Shown here: positions 20,780-31,344 of the stretch, piece by piece
Layout of the letters: each line of letters starts with the position of its first letter
Position numbering within the stretch: position 1 is the first letter of the stretch
Assembly (NCBI GenBank): GCA_965261545.1
Contig: CBDHDF010000010.1
Coordinates: forward strand, 64,001 to 128,000
Origin: Bdellovibrionales bacterium
GTDB lineage: Bacteria > Bdellovibrionota > Bdellovibrionia > Bdellovibrionales > UBA1609
Direction of reading: 5' to 3'
DNA: 64,000 nt
Notes under the pieces: generated by a model
Seen by the model: only the letters and a program-made list of their open reading frames with translations
What the model was told of the DNA's origin: nothing
Database searches by the model: none
Translations under genes and position numbers: made by a program

Positions 20780-21803
20780 GCGCATATTATATGGCACCGT
20801 TTTGTTGATCTTACTTCTATGGGCCTCCATAGCAACTTATTTTTTATCAGAGGAAGTTAATATTATTGAATTGGTAAAGGGAAAGTTAAGCTCTCACAAG
20901 ATAACCCCTTCTGATATAGAAGAAGATTATGTATTTATCAGGTATTTTCTGAGAAAATACTACAAGATAAATGGAAAAGAGTCAACGGACCATCTAGAAA
21001 GTAAATATTTTCTCATGAAAGAACTACTGGAGGTGTCTGGAAACAAGGTTCTAAATAAATATAAAAAGAACTTGGAATATTTTTCGACAAATAACGAAAC
21101 TCAAGATTTCGTTCTCCATAAGGTGCTTCGAGATAAACAAACGGGTGTATATACCTCTTTTTTATCTATAAATCAGAGCCAATCTAAGCGAAAGTTTCTT
21201 GTTCAAGTCAACTTGAAGGTTTCTAGAAACACGAAGAGTTCTATGCTAGGAGATCGTATGCCAGGAGACAGTCATCTGAAAAATCGTCGAATTTTACATT
21301 GGGATGAGGTGTTATTAAGCACGCCTCCTAGCGGACTGTTGAAAAATGAGGTCTACGTCGGGGCAGATACCCTCTCTCGCCTTCAAATGCCTTGTACTGT
21401 TAAGTTCATATCTTCTCCTTCATCTTCACCACCACCACCTTCTTCGCCTACCCCGGAGGGGCCTACAAAACACTCTAAAAAGAAGAAGAACCATTCCGTG
21501 GAGGATGGCAATATGGATGGTGGAAATATAGAAATGACTCGTAATGCATCTTCCCGGATTGTTAAATTTCACTCCAAAGGTAAGGTCCCCAAGCCCTCTC
21601 AATTTAACGTGAATTGCCAAGGCCGGTCTTTTCAGGTCAGTTTGATTCATAGTGAGGAGTGGTTGACCGTCTATCAGTCTATCGACCCCTCCAGTGGAAT
21701 CAAAAAGAAGAGAAGAAAGAAAAAGAAAAGGTTGAGTGCAAGAGCAAAAATCAAAAAAGATATTGAAAATCTATTTGGGATTGAGGTCACCAAAATGAAG
21801 TGA
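20772..21803 (+). CDS. Membrane-anchored hypothetical protein (VirB8/TraE-like N-half, beta-rich C-half)
   Basis: N-terminal TM, FIRYFLRKYY helix followed by beta strands, Pro/Ser linker; overlaps the upstream stop. Confidence 0.45.
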   Translation: MTKRILYGTVLLILLLWASIATYFLSEEVNIIELVKGKLSSHKITPSDIEEDYVFIRYFLRKYYKINGKESTDHLESKYFLMKELLEVSGNKVLNKYKKNLEYFSTNNETQDFVLHKVLRDKQTGVYTSFLSINQSQSKRKFLVQVNLKVSRNTKSSMLGDRMPGDSHLKNRRILHWDEVLLSTPPSGLLKNEVYVGADTLSRLQMPCTVKFISSPSSSPPPPSSPTPEGPTKHSKKKKNHSVEDGNMDGGNIEMTRNASSRIVKFHSKGKVPKPSQFNVNCQGRSFQVSLIHSEEWLTVYQSIDPSSGIKKKRRKKKKRLSARAKIKKDIENLFGIEVTKMK

Positions 21804-22104
21804 TAAATGTAGGGGCAGTCATGGGATTGCCCCAATTTGGTGGGTACTTTTGGAAGGTAAGGCTTTGCCCTCTCATAAATGACTGGTTTTCGCCCTTCCA
21901 TCGGGGCCAAGAATCATATATATATATTATTTATAACGTAACATATTAGATTGAGTGTGTTAAAAATTGGTGAGTTCTAACTGAGTGAAAAGAAATTCAA
22001 TGAGAGGCACTTTTGAAAAATCTACTTTTACCGCAATCATATTTTCACCTAATCAAGCTGTTTTGACGCCGTGAGATAAATTGTGCAACTTAATAGGAGC
22101 TACC

Positions 22105-23058
22105 ATGAATCAAACCCAACAAGCTAAAAAAGTTTGGAAAGATATTCCTAACGATATGAGATTAAAAATTTTAAACAACGTTTGGTGTACTCACTGCTCT
22201 AAAGTAATTAGTGTGGGAAACACTACAATGCATATTGCCAGTAGCCATCTCATCATTCGTGGTCACTGCACACTGTGTGGAAATCATGTAGCTAGGCTTG
22301 TGGAAGAAGTCGGGGCAAATGCAAACTCTACTTCAAAAAGGACAAGTCAATCCACTAACAAAACTAAAAATGTCAATCCAGATATTTCAAAATTGGTTCA
22401 ATTTCGTTCTGGAACCAAAGCAGCAATGATGGTTGAAAGTGTAAAGAGTCTAAGAATAAAATCATCTGATGAGTGGGACTTTAAAGAGACTTTCCCTGAT
22501 ACAGATGTCACCCTTTCCCCACCCTACGATAGTATTTTTAAAACGGGACCAAGACCTTCATGGGAAATGCAAAATATTCTACCAGGCTACGACCCAGAGG
22601 ACTTTGATTGTCCAATAAGTATTGGAATTGACATTCTAGATTCCGGTGATTGGCATGGAGCTATAAGGCACATGAAAAAACTCTTAAAGCAAGATAATCG
22701 GTGTTTAGATGCCTATGCCCACCTTGGAAATTGGTATTTGAAATCTAAAGAGTTGACGGATCTAAATACGGCAAAAAATTATTATAAAACTGGAAGTGCC
22801 ATTGGCTTGAAGTCTATTGGTAAAAAAAGAGCAAACGATGTTTTTCCATGGGGCTTGATAGATAATCGTCCGTTTTTTCGCTGTCTTCACGGTTTAGGAC
22901 TTTGTTTCTACAGACAAGAAAAGCCAATAGAAGCCTTCACTATTTTCTCAAAAATGATCTGGATGAACCCCGGAGATAATCAAGGAGTTAGGTTCTTGGT
23001 TCATGACCTAGTAAATGGATTGACATATAAAGAGTCTGTAAAAAAGGAAGAAGTTTGA
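22105..23058 (+). CDS. Zn-ribbon plus TPR-like hypothetical protein of a type common on mobile elements
   Basis: WCTHC...HCTLCG N-domain; LDAYAHLGN, PWGLIDNRPFFRCLHGLG, NPGDNQGVRFL; SD AGGAG. Confidence 0.65.
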   Translation: MNQTQQAKKVWKDIPNDMRLKILNNVWCTHCSKVISVGNTTMHIASSHLIIRGHCTLCGNHVARLVEEVGANANSTSKRTSQSTNKTKNVNPDISKLVQFRSGTKAAMMVESVKSLRIKSSDEWDFKETFPDTDVTLSPPYDSIFKTGPRPSWEMQNILPGYDPEDFDCPISIGIDILDSGDWHGAIRHMKKLLKQDNRCLDAYAHLGNWYLKSKELTDLNTAKNYYKTGSAIGLKSIGKKRANDVFPWGLIDNRPFFRCLHGLGLCFYRQEKPIEAFTIFSKMIWMNPGDNQGVRFLVHDLVNGLTYKESVKKEEV

Positions 23059-23184
23059 AGAATCACTTTTTCAAAAGGAAATCTGATTTTTCTTTCAGAT
23101 TGGTCAGATTTTACTACAAACCTAAAAATATTTACTGATTTTAGTGCAATCTCTTTCCATCCAGTCAGAACTCACAATTTTCCT

Positions 23185-23914
23185 TCATTCATTTTTTGGG
23201 CTAAATTCAATAGGGAAAAACATTTGGACCTTGGTCCCGTAATTCTCATAACTTTCCAAAGATACCTGCCCTCCATGTAGTTCAATAAAATATTTGACAA
23301 AATAGAGTCCGAGTCCAGTGCCTTTGGTTGAGTTGATGTGTTGGGGGGACCTATAGTATTTTTGAAAGACCTTTTTGCAATCAGCTTCATTGATACCAGA
23401 ACCTTCATCAATGATATCGACTAAAATTTGATTGTCTTCTTCGTAAGTTCTGATAAAGATACACCCCCCTATATTGGAGTATTTGATGGCATTTTCAATA
23501 ACATTGAAAAAAATTTTCTTGTATAATGGCCGTATCTAGCTCAACCAAGAAGAGAGGTTCCAATGTTTTTTCAATAGTAATGCTTTTCTTTTTAACAAGG
23601 ATATCGAATTTTTGAATAACATCCTCAATGGTTTCATTTATATCTGTAGGTTCTTTGTTTATATGAAAAGTTCCTGAATCAACTTGAATAGCTTTTAGAA
23701 TGTTGTTGATGAAACGACTGAGATCACAGCTTGTTACATGTATATTTCTTATGTCTTGAATGTGATGACTTGAGATATTTTCTAATTCTAAGCGGCTACA
23801 GATAGACTGAATTTTCACAATAGATGATTTTAAATCGTGGGTCATAAGGTCTATAAAATTAATTTTTAGGTCTTCATTTTGTGTCATGATGAAATTCCAA
23901 TGGTTAGTGAACAA
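23185..23914 (-). pseudogene. Sensorless, frameshifted histidine kinase
   Basis: MTHDLKS H-box in ORF 23495-23914. After a frameshift near 23515 the frame reads NVIENAIKYS...DEGSGI...FQKYYR...GTGLGLYFVKYFIELHGG to TGA 23185. Confidence 0.8.
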
Positions 23915-24053
23915 GAAAATAACTGGGAAAATGGTTTGAAATCTGAATTAATCTTCAGGTCTAAGCCTATCATAGGGTAACATTCACCTTGTATTTTTGG
24001 GGGATTCAAGTTATTTAGCCCCTATGTGAGTCAAAAATTTAAATCGTAAATCC

Positions 24054-24476
24054 TTAATTTTCTTTTCTGACATTTTCTGATTTCATTTTGCTTTTTGTTT
24101 TTTTGCTTAGGAGTTTAAACTTAATGGCAAATTCATCTGCTATAGCAACCTCTATTCTCCCTTTAATAGAAGAGTAAAGAGGTAATTTGTGTTCCTTGAT
24201 TGATCCTTTAGCTCGAAGAGCATTTTCTGAAGTGGGTAACTGAACAACAACGGTATTGAAGCGATGCTTGGGGAAATATAATCTTGGGGCTTTTATAAGC
24301 TTATTAAATTCAATCTCTATGTATTCAGGTATGAGGCTTCCAATGGTGTTATTTTTCTTAGACTTTCCCCGTATAACGCTCAGGGCTTGAGTAAACCATA
24401 CGAGGTATTCTTCTTGATCCTTGAAAATGTTTTCCACACCTAGAGGTACCCCTACCTTTTCTTCTTCAATTCCCAT
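24054..24476 (-). CDS. Hypothetical protein
   Basis: Likely start ATG 24476 (SD GGAG); divergent from the HTH pair. Confidence 0.45.
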   Translation of the reverse strand: MGIEEEKVGVPLGVENIFKDQEEYLVWFTQALSVIRGKSKKNNTIGSLIPEYIEIEFNKLIKAPRLYFPKHRFNTVVVQLPTSENALRAKGSIKEHKLPLYSSIKGRIEVAIADEFAIKFKLLSKKTKSKMKSENVRKEN

Positions 24477-24647
24477 GCCTGCTCCAATATTATTGAACCT
24501 TATATTATATAATGTTCGATAATATATTACCTCAATTGGAAAAAGCAACGGATAATCTTTTCTAAGGTCATCTTTTTGGTGCTGGAAGTACTTCTATGCG
24601 TTTTGACACGACGTGTGATTTTCTGCCTATTTTAAGGAATTGTCAGT

Positions 24648-25022
24648 ATGAGTACATTGGATCAGAATGTTGAAAAGGTTTTACATGAATGGGCTGATAG
24701 AGTTGTTCCAAAGGATATGCCTATTCCTGAAATCAGAAGCTTTGCACAGAATGCAAAGCTAAATTTGGAAACACTGAAAAATGTTAGAAAAAGAAAGTCT
24801 TATCAGGCAGACACCATTGTTAGAGCTCTATTAGCCTCAGGTGTGGAATTAAAACCATTGCTTAATTTGCCAATAAATCCAAAGCTGAGTCTTTTGCCAA
24901 AAGAAAAAGAATGGATTCAGTATGGAAGGACTCTTAGTGAGAAGGAGAGGGTAGAGTTCATTGAACTTCTTAAGCACGTTAAAAAGATTATGAAGGACCG
25001 ATATAAAAAAGACCTAGATTAA
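24648..25022 (+). CDS. Putative XRE-like HTH regulator, copy 1
   Basis: IRSFAQNAKLNLETLKNVRKRK HTH-like segment; SD AAGGA; paralog downstream. Confidence 0.55.
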   Translation: MSTLDQNVEKVLHEWADRVVPKDMPIPEIRSFAQNAKLNLETLKNVRKRKSYQADTIVRALLASGVELKPLLNLPINPKLSLLPKEKEWIQYGRTLSEKERVEFIELLKHVKKIMKDRYKKDLD

Positions 25023-25313
25023 TTTCCTTTTTTAAGTATAACGACTCCTCTTCTTTCAACCGTAGAAAGAATTGTGTGAGATGATTTAATTTTTCTTCAA
25101 TTAAAAAACTATTCCTTACCTTACCCCGGAGGGGCTGCTTTTTCAGCTTCATATCTACGAACCTCATATAATATAAGGTCCGATAATATACTATGTCAAT
25201 TAGCAAAAGCAACGGATAATCTGACTGAAGATATATATTTTGGGATGAGGAACACCAGTTGCATTTCTTTGACACAAAGCATCCTTTCTTTCCTGTTTTA
25301 AGGAATCACCAAC

Positions 25314-25688
25314 ATGGACAAATTGAATCAGAGCGTTGAGAAGGTTTTGCATGAATGGGCTGATAAAGTCGTTCCAGAGAATATGCCTATTCCTGAAATC
25401 AAGAAACTTGCACAAAAATCAAAGTTAAACTGGGAAACACTGAGAAATGTTAGAAAAAGAAAGTCTTATAAGGCAGATACCATTGTTAGGGCTTTATTGG
25501 CCTCCGGAATAGACCTGAAGTCATTGCTCAATTTACCAATAAATCCAAAGCTGAGTCTTTTGCCAAAAGAAAAAGAATGGATCCAATATGGAAGAACTCT
25601 TAGTGAGAAGGAGAGGGCAGAGTTCATTGAGCTTCTTCAACATGTCAAAAGAATTATGAAGGACCGATATAAAAAAGACCCAGATTAA
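25314..25688 (+). CDS. Putative XRE-like HTH regulator, copy 2
   Basis: 102 of 124 residues identical to copy 1 by hand count; upstream region also duplicated. Confidence 0.55.
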   Translation: MDKLNQSVEKVLHEWADKVVPENMPIPEIKKLAQKSKLNWETLRNVRKRKSYKADTIVRALLASGIDLKSLLNLPINPKLSLLPKEKEWIQYGRTLSEKERAEFIELLQHVKRIMKDRYKKDPD

Positions 25689-26544
25689 TCATTATCTTCT
25701 TTGAACTCCCTCCAGCCCTTTCGCTCTAATTTTTAGCCTTCTTTATCTTCTTGATCTTGAGGACCTTTCCATTTTTCATAGGGATAACTCTGTTTAAAGG
25801 AAAAGGTTGGAGAGGAAAGCATTGCTCATCAGTTTTCAATCTGAGAAAAGCTTTGGCTGACTTCAGAAATCAACCTTGATATAGCGATAGCCTTTGTTTG
25901 TCATAATTTTCCTTTCGTTGTTTGGGGTCGCTCAATCCGCACCTCTCTCTGTTTCCGCCCCTCAATTGTTCGTGCCTGTTAGCTGACAATTAAAATGCCC
26001 CACCGTCGCCAATGAAAAGTGGCCACTTTTCAGAGGAGGACCTATGGTGATTTTTGGCATTGTCAACCGAGACGCATATAATCAATTGATATTACTCATA
26101 AAAAGGCTCCGAGCTGATAAGAACTCCTTTTGGGTTCTTGTCGACCTGGAAAGGGGCTCCGTGTTGGAGAGTCCTTCCATGACAGCCTATTCAGGTTCCA
26201 TATTTCTCCCTTTGTAGACTGTTTCTGGATTTCAATGAGGTTAAATATATAGTCAAGAAAAGCCTGTTTAGGCTGTGCCCATTTTCTAAAGTATTTAAAT
26301 TCCACAAGATTCCAACATTTGCCTCAATTTTCATGGAATTTCTTTCTGAAGACAGGCTTCCCTTAAAGCCGTCGCCAATTAAAATGTCCCACTTTCAATA
26401 TGGAGGTTGTCGCCAATGAAAAGTGACCAATCTTCAGGGAGTGTTCAAATACTAGACAATGAAGTCTCTTCTTCTGATATAGATACTAAGCTCACAGAGT
26501 CCCTCCCTCTTGCAACTCAAAAGGTTAGCAATGAGGAGGATCTT

Positions 26545-28011
26545 ATGATTAGTCAATACACTTTCGGCCGCATTCGTGACCTGAGTCACAGTGGTAAAAA
26601 TAAGACAGAAATATCTCGTGAATTAGGGATCAATCGTAAGACGGTGCGCAAGTACTGTGAGTCCAACACCCCACCGAAGTACAAGGCGAGGTCCAAAAGA
26701 ACTCGCCCAGATCCCCTTAATGGATATATGGATCGGGTGAAGTACTTTTTGAAGTTGAACCCAAGTAACACCGCCCGTGAAATATATGAGCTATTAGTTG
26801 AGGAGGGTTATCGTGGGAGTGAGAGAACGGTTCAGAGAAGAGTTTGTGAGATTCTTGGTTCTCGCCCCAAGGAGCGTTTTTTCAGCCAAAGATATGATCC
26901 TGGAGAACAGGCTCAGTTTGATTTTAAGGAGAAGGTTGCTTTACCATTTGCCGATGGTGTTCAGATCGTTCATCTCCATTTTGGAACATTGCCTTGTAGT
27001 GGCACCTGTTGGGTTCGTGCCTACCCCTTTCTTGTCTATGAGTGTTTCATCGATGGGGTGCATGCTTTTTTTGAAAAGATAGGTGGGATGAGTGCGAACA
27101 TCCGTATTGATAATTTATCTCCCTGTGTGAAGAAAGTTCTTAAAGGAAATCAGCGAATTTACACCCAATCTTTTGATCGAGCCATCCAATACTATGGATT
27201 TAAGGTTCTTCCCTGCCGCGCAGGGAAGGGCTCTGACAAGGGAGATGTGGAGCGTGATATTCGAACCTTCAGTTCTCGGATAAAAAATATTGTTAGAAAC
27301 AAAGGAATTGTTTTTAAAGACTGGGATCATTTGAATCAGTTTTTAGAGTCTTATATGGATCAGCATCAGAGTGACTCCACCAAATCTCGCTTTGAGGAGG
27401 AGGCCAAAGTTCTTAAGCCTTTGCCTCCACGAGATGAAGATATTCTCTGTAAGGTGAATATTTGTCAAAGTAATGGTTATGGGACTTTGAGAATAGGTAA
27501 AACCACATATTCCATACCTGATGAGGTGATCCAAGCTCCCTGTAAAACCGTACAGGGTCCCTATCATGTCACGATCTATCGTGCAGGAGGGAAGCAAGAA
27601 ATTGTCGCTCGCCATCAAAGAAAACCTGATGGGGAGCATAGTCTTCTTCTTGAACATATCCTTCCCTCTTTAGTTCGTAAGCCGCAAGCCATGGTAAGAT
27701 GGGCTCACCGATCCATTCTTTTTCCAACAAATGTGTTTGAAAATTTTTATCAATACCTCAAGCAACAAGATTCAAGCCGTGCCGAGCATGAATATTTAAG
27801 AGTTATCAACTTGATTCAGCATGTGAGTTGGCAGGACTTATCTACAGCCATGGAGCTTCAATTAGAAAGTCGTGAGATTTTCGACTTTAAATCCATAAAA
27901 GATTTGCTCTTAGGCAATCCCACCAAAATTAATTTGAATGACCAACAAAAACCACTTCAACCTAGATTGTCTCAATATGACAGTCTTGTTCCAAACATAG
28001 GAGGTTCTTAA
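26545..28011 (+). CDS. istA: IS21 transposase
   Basis: HTH ISRELGINRKTVRKY, PGEQAQFDF, RIDN, KGDVER; SD GAGGAGG before ATG 26545. Confidence 0.93.
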   Translation: MISQYTFGRIRDLSHSGKNKTEISRELGINRKTVRKYCESNTPPKYKARSKRTRPDPLNGYMDRVKYFLKLNPSNTAREIYELLVEEGYRGSERTVQRRVCEILGSRPKERFFSQRYDPGEQAQFDFKEKVALPFADGVQIVHLHFGTLPCSGTCWVRAYPFLVYECFIDGVHAFFEKIGGMSANIRIDNLSPCVKKVLKGNQRIYTQSFDRAIQYYGFKVLPCRAGKGSDKGDVERDIRTFSSRIKNIVRNKGIVFKDWDHLNQFLESYMDQHQSDSTKSRFEEEAKVLKPLPPRDEDILCKVNICQSNGYGTLRIGKTTYSIPDEVIQAPCKTVQGPYHVTIYRAGGKQEIVARHQRKPDGEHSLLLEHILPSLVRKPQAMVRWAHRSILFPTNVFENFYQYLKQQDSSRAEHEYLRVINLIQHVSWQDLSTAMELQLESREIFDFKSIKDLLLGNPTKINLNDQQKPLQPRLSQYDSLVPNIGGS

Positions 28012-28793
28012 TGAATCACGAAGAACTTATAGGTTCTCTTAAAAAACTCCGACTTCCAGCGATGGCGGATGAATATGTTGCAACGGCTAGAGTTGCCGAA
28101 AAAACAAAAAAGACGTATGAACAGTATTTAGGTATACTCGTTCAAAATGAGCTTGCTGACAAGCATTCCCAGAGAGTGAAAAGATTGCTTAAGGGGGCCA
28201 AGCTTCCTCAACTTAAATCACTCCAAACTTATAACTTCCAGAAAAGAACGGGAGTGACAGCTCAGCAAATTAATCGGATGGCAGAGGGAGAGTGGGTCAG
28301 AAAAGCCTGTAATGTTGTGTTTTACGGAAGCTTTGGAATGGGGAAAAGTCATTTGGCCATGTCCCTAGTTCGTTCACTCTGTGAACAAGGCTATCGATGT
28401 TTATGGGTCACCACTCATGAACTTATTGAAACAATGCGTGAAAGCAAGAAAGAACTCTCATTGAATGCTCTTTTTAAGAAATTAGACCGTTTTGATCTTA
28501 TTGCTTGTGATGAACTTGGCTATACAGCTTCCTGCACAGAGGGTGCTGATCTTTTCTTTCAATTCATATCTCAGCGATATGAAAGGAAAAGTCTCATGAT
28601 CACTACAAACTTAACTTACTCTGAATGGGATAAGGTGTTTCTTAACCCTATTACCACCGCTGCTGCTGTTGATCGAATTATTCACAACTGTGAAACCCTC
28701 AACATTGAAGGAAAAGAAAGTTGGAGAACCGAATCGGCAAAAGCCAAGTCTAAACAGAGCAAAGAGGAAAGTTCAACCAAAGAAGTTCATTAG
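28011..28793 (+). CDS. istB: IS21 helper ATPase
   Basis: LKKLRLPAM, GSFGMGKSHL, DELGY, ITTNLTYSEW, VDRIIH. Confidence 0.95.
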   Translation: MNHEELIGSLKKLRLPAMADEYVATARVAEKTKKTYEQYLGILVQNELADKHSQRVKRLLKGAKLPQLKSLQTYNFQKRTGVTAQQINRMAEGEWVRKACNVVFYGSFGMGKSHLAMSLVRSLCEQGYRCLWVTTHELIETMRESKKELSLNALFKKLDRFDLIACDELGYTASCTEGADLFFQFISQRYERKSLMITTNLTYSEWDKVFLNPITTAAAVDRIIHNCETLNIEGKESWRTESAKAKSKQSKEESSTKEVH

Positions 28794-28821
28794 AGATCCC
28801 CACTTTTGGGGAAGGAACTCG

Positions 28822-28917
28822 CCAGTTATCCACAAAATTTATCCACAGCAGCACTGCGTTGCTAGACATCGGGGTCACAGCCGCAGTGTCGCCATGGATA
28901 AATTTATGGATAACTGG
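28822..28917. repeat. ~96-nt imperfect hairpin with two perfect DnaA boxes
   Basis: TTATCCACA at 28826-28834 and 28839-28847, pairing with TGGATAAATTTATGGATAACTGG. Confidence 0.75.
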
Positions 28918-29717
28918 CTTTTACCGTACTATTTGCTCGTCACTCTCGCGGAGCTTTAGACATTAGCTGCGCCAAAGGAATCCTGAAAAATACTCCATTT
29001 ACCTCTGCCATAGGGCTGAAGGATGCATTTGGGGTCATGCCAAAAGTGGTGGGCAGAAAATCATTCCTCAGAATCTTGTGGCATAGTCCGAGTTAAATGA
29101 TGAGCAAAATAAAGACACTTGACTAAACTCTGAACGAAGAATAACTAAATCAGTACATCATCAACTGGCCGTTTTTCATTGGCGACGGCTTCTAAAAATG
29201 GCCAATTTTAATTGGCGCCTAACATCCATAGATCAAATTAAGAAGATGAAGGCTAAGAATCATCGCAAATATATGGTGGCCATTGAAAAGAACAAACAAA
29301 GCTTGGCTCGGACTGTATAGTCTGGGCTTTGCCCTTAACTCCAAGAGAGGTCTTACTTTTTAACTCACAGGCTTCAAGGAAAGTTGCTTCTCAGCCACCA
29401 CTGATTTCGCCACAACTTCTCAAGGAACTCCAAGCCATCTGAATCTGGGCTATGGACGATGCTCATAAGTTCCAGAATATCACCTCTCACGTCCGCCAGA
29501 CGCTCTCCTGACCAAAGGGGTGGGAGAAAAGAGAAGGGCCGAGCTATTTATCCTTTCTATTCCCATCTTAAAATCAGTGGTGACTATAAATGAGTCGCCG
29601 TTATAATCCAGTGTTTAATCAAGCCTACGAATTGAAATGCTTTACCCCGTTCGCCGGGGAGCCGGGGATTGGCGATGTACTTGACTTTTGGCGTCCTCAA
29701 TGATTCTTCTCATACAT

Positions 29718-29972
29718 ATGTCCAGACTAGAAAATTTGTCATATATTGATTTTGAAGAACTTTGCCGTGATCTTGCTGAAAAAGAAACTGATTACCGATT
29801 CTCTGCATTTGGATCAGGCCCTGATGGTGGTATCGATGGTCGCTATTCAGAAGGAGGTGAAACAATAATACTCCAGTGTAAACATTATGCTAGATCAGAT
29901 TTTTCAAAACTGAAGACTGCACTTAAAGAAGAGCTTGAGAAAATAAAGAAACTTAATCCGATGGTTTCTTGA
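29718..29972 (+). pseudogene. N-terminal Mrr-type restriction-endonuclease domain, truncated
   Basis: DFEELCRDL...GPDGGIDG...ILQCKHY; ends abruptly just before the IS91 remnant. Confidence 0.72.
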
Positions 29973-29989
29973 GAACCCAGCGTGAATCT

Positions 29990-30305
29990 GGCCACCATGA
30001 AAAGCTTGTGGCCTTTAGCTGCAAGCGTCGAGGCTTCTGCCCAAACTGCGGCGCAAGAAGAATGGCTGAAAGTGAGCCCGCTTAGTCGATGAAGTTTTCC
30101 CCCAAAAAACCTACGGCAATGGATCCTTAGCTTTCCTTTTCAAATAAGATTCCCCTTTGCCAAAAATCCAAAGGTTATGGGGAGAGGTCTTGGCCATCGT
30201 TCACCGAGCCATTTCCACCTACCTTATCAGAAAGGCTGGTCTTACCAAAAAATCAGGAGCCAAGATAGGCTCTGTCACCTTCATTCAACGCTTTGGAGGA
30301 AGCAG
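29990..30305 (+). pseudogene. IS91-family transposase remnant
   Basis: Broken frames encode VAFSCKRRGFCPNCGARRMAE, RQWILSFP and IGSVTFIQRFGGS. Confidence 0.8.
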
Positions 30306-30543
30306 CAAACCACTAACTGAGCTTGAAAAAAATCTATTTCTGCATTTTAGGATCTTCTAGCATGACTGGTGGATTTCTAAAAAAGACCTTTTATTCTTCC
30401 TATTCCCTTTAGTAAATGGATAAAACTCCGATCTATTTCTTGTATGAACTGTTTACTAAAGACCGTAGAAATGTGCCCTTGCCAGAAGATTTGTAATTGT
30501 TAGGCGACAATCAAATTTGGCCATTTCTGTAAAAGGGGAATGT

Positions 30544-31158
30544 ATGTTTATTATAAAAAAAGCTGTATTAATATATTTGTTTGTTTGGCTATGCGCTTGT
30601 GCAAAGGACTCTACAGATTCAAACTCTAGCCATAATCCTCCTCCTACACTTTCGTCTCAGGTGAAAGTAAGTATCAATGGGAAGCCGCGAGTGTCGACAA
30701 ATAAGAAGAGGATGCCTCTTCCTGGAACAAACCCCATTGAGTACGAAGAGGTAACTCCTCCCCACTTTAGTTTTGTTCTCAGTATTGAAAATAAAGCCAG
30801 TCAAACACTGGTTGTGACGGGCTTTGTTTTAGAGATATCTAAAAATAATAGCCGGAAAGGTGAGGCTCCTACGGCCACCCAAGAATATCTTCCTTCGGAT
30901 TGTGTTTATGAGGAGAATAAAAACCCCTGCGATCTTGTGGATCCCAACACCTATGCTGTTTTGGCACCAGGAAGTGATGTGCATACTCTTCCCATTGTGT
31001 TCTATGTCCAGAGTCTTCCCGAAAATGATAATAGTTTTGTTTATCACGTCAAGTTGGAGCTCTTGGGTTTTTTTAGTGATGAAAGGGACCCAGCCCAGGC
31101 TATTCTCAACGAAAGTGAGCGGTTTGAAGGAAATTTTATTATATTTTCTACCGAATGA
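30544..31158 (+). CDS. Hypothetical lipoprotein
   Basis: MFIIKKAVLIYLFVWLCAC lipoprotein signal; beta-rich body. Confidence 0.6.
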   Translation: MFIIKKAVLIYLFVWLCACAKDSTDSNSSHNPPPTLSSQVKVSINGKPRVSTNKKRMPLPGTNPIEYEEVTPPHFSFVLSIENKASQTLVVTGFVLEISKNNSRKGEAPTATQEYLPSDCVYEENKNPCDLVDPNTYAVLAPGSDVHTLPIVFYVQSLPENDNSFVYHVKLELLGFFSDERDPAQAILNESERFEGNFIIFSTE

Positions 31159-31344
31159 GTGAATATGAGTGTTACAGGGTTCTGTTCGCCGAAAAGGTTT
31201 CGTCTCAATCAACCACTATTGGCTAAAGCCGATAGTTTGGGAACACGCTTGCAAAGAAAATTTTAGGCGTAAACGCCTTAGTCAGTACTCACTTATTTTA
31301 AAATCACCTTTTTTGTGATACTTTTCTTTGTTCTTCTATACCTT

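Larger units (their letters stand above)
25977..29224 (+). mobile_element. IS21-family insertion sequence
   Basis: Ends TGTTAGCTGACAATTAAAAT and ATTTTAATTGGCGCCTAACA; repeated GTCGCCAATKAAAA sub-terminal sites; istA-istB pair. No TSD seen. Confidence 0.92.

Noticed and set aside
21809..21833. GTAG-type REP hairpin GTAGGGGCA...TGCCCC
   Set aside because: Single degenerate copy with no RAYT nearby; may just be a 3' hairpin.
24495..25688. Duplicated segments (also 11257-12557) as DGR template/variable repeats
   Set aside because: No reverse transcriptase in the window, and differences are not adenine-specific.
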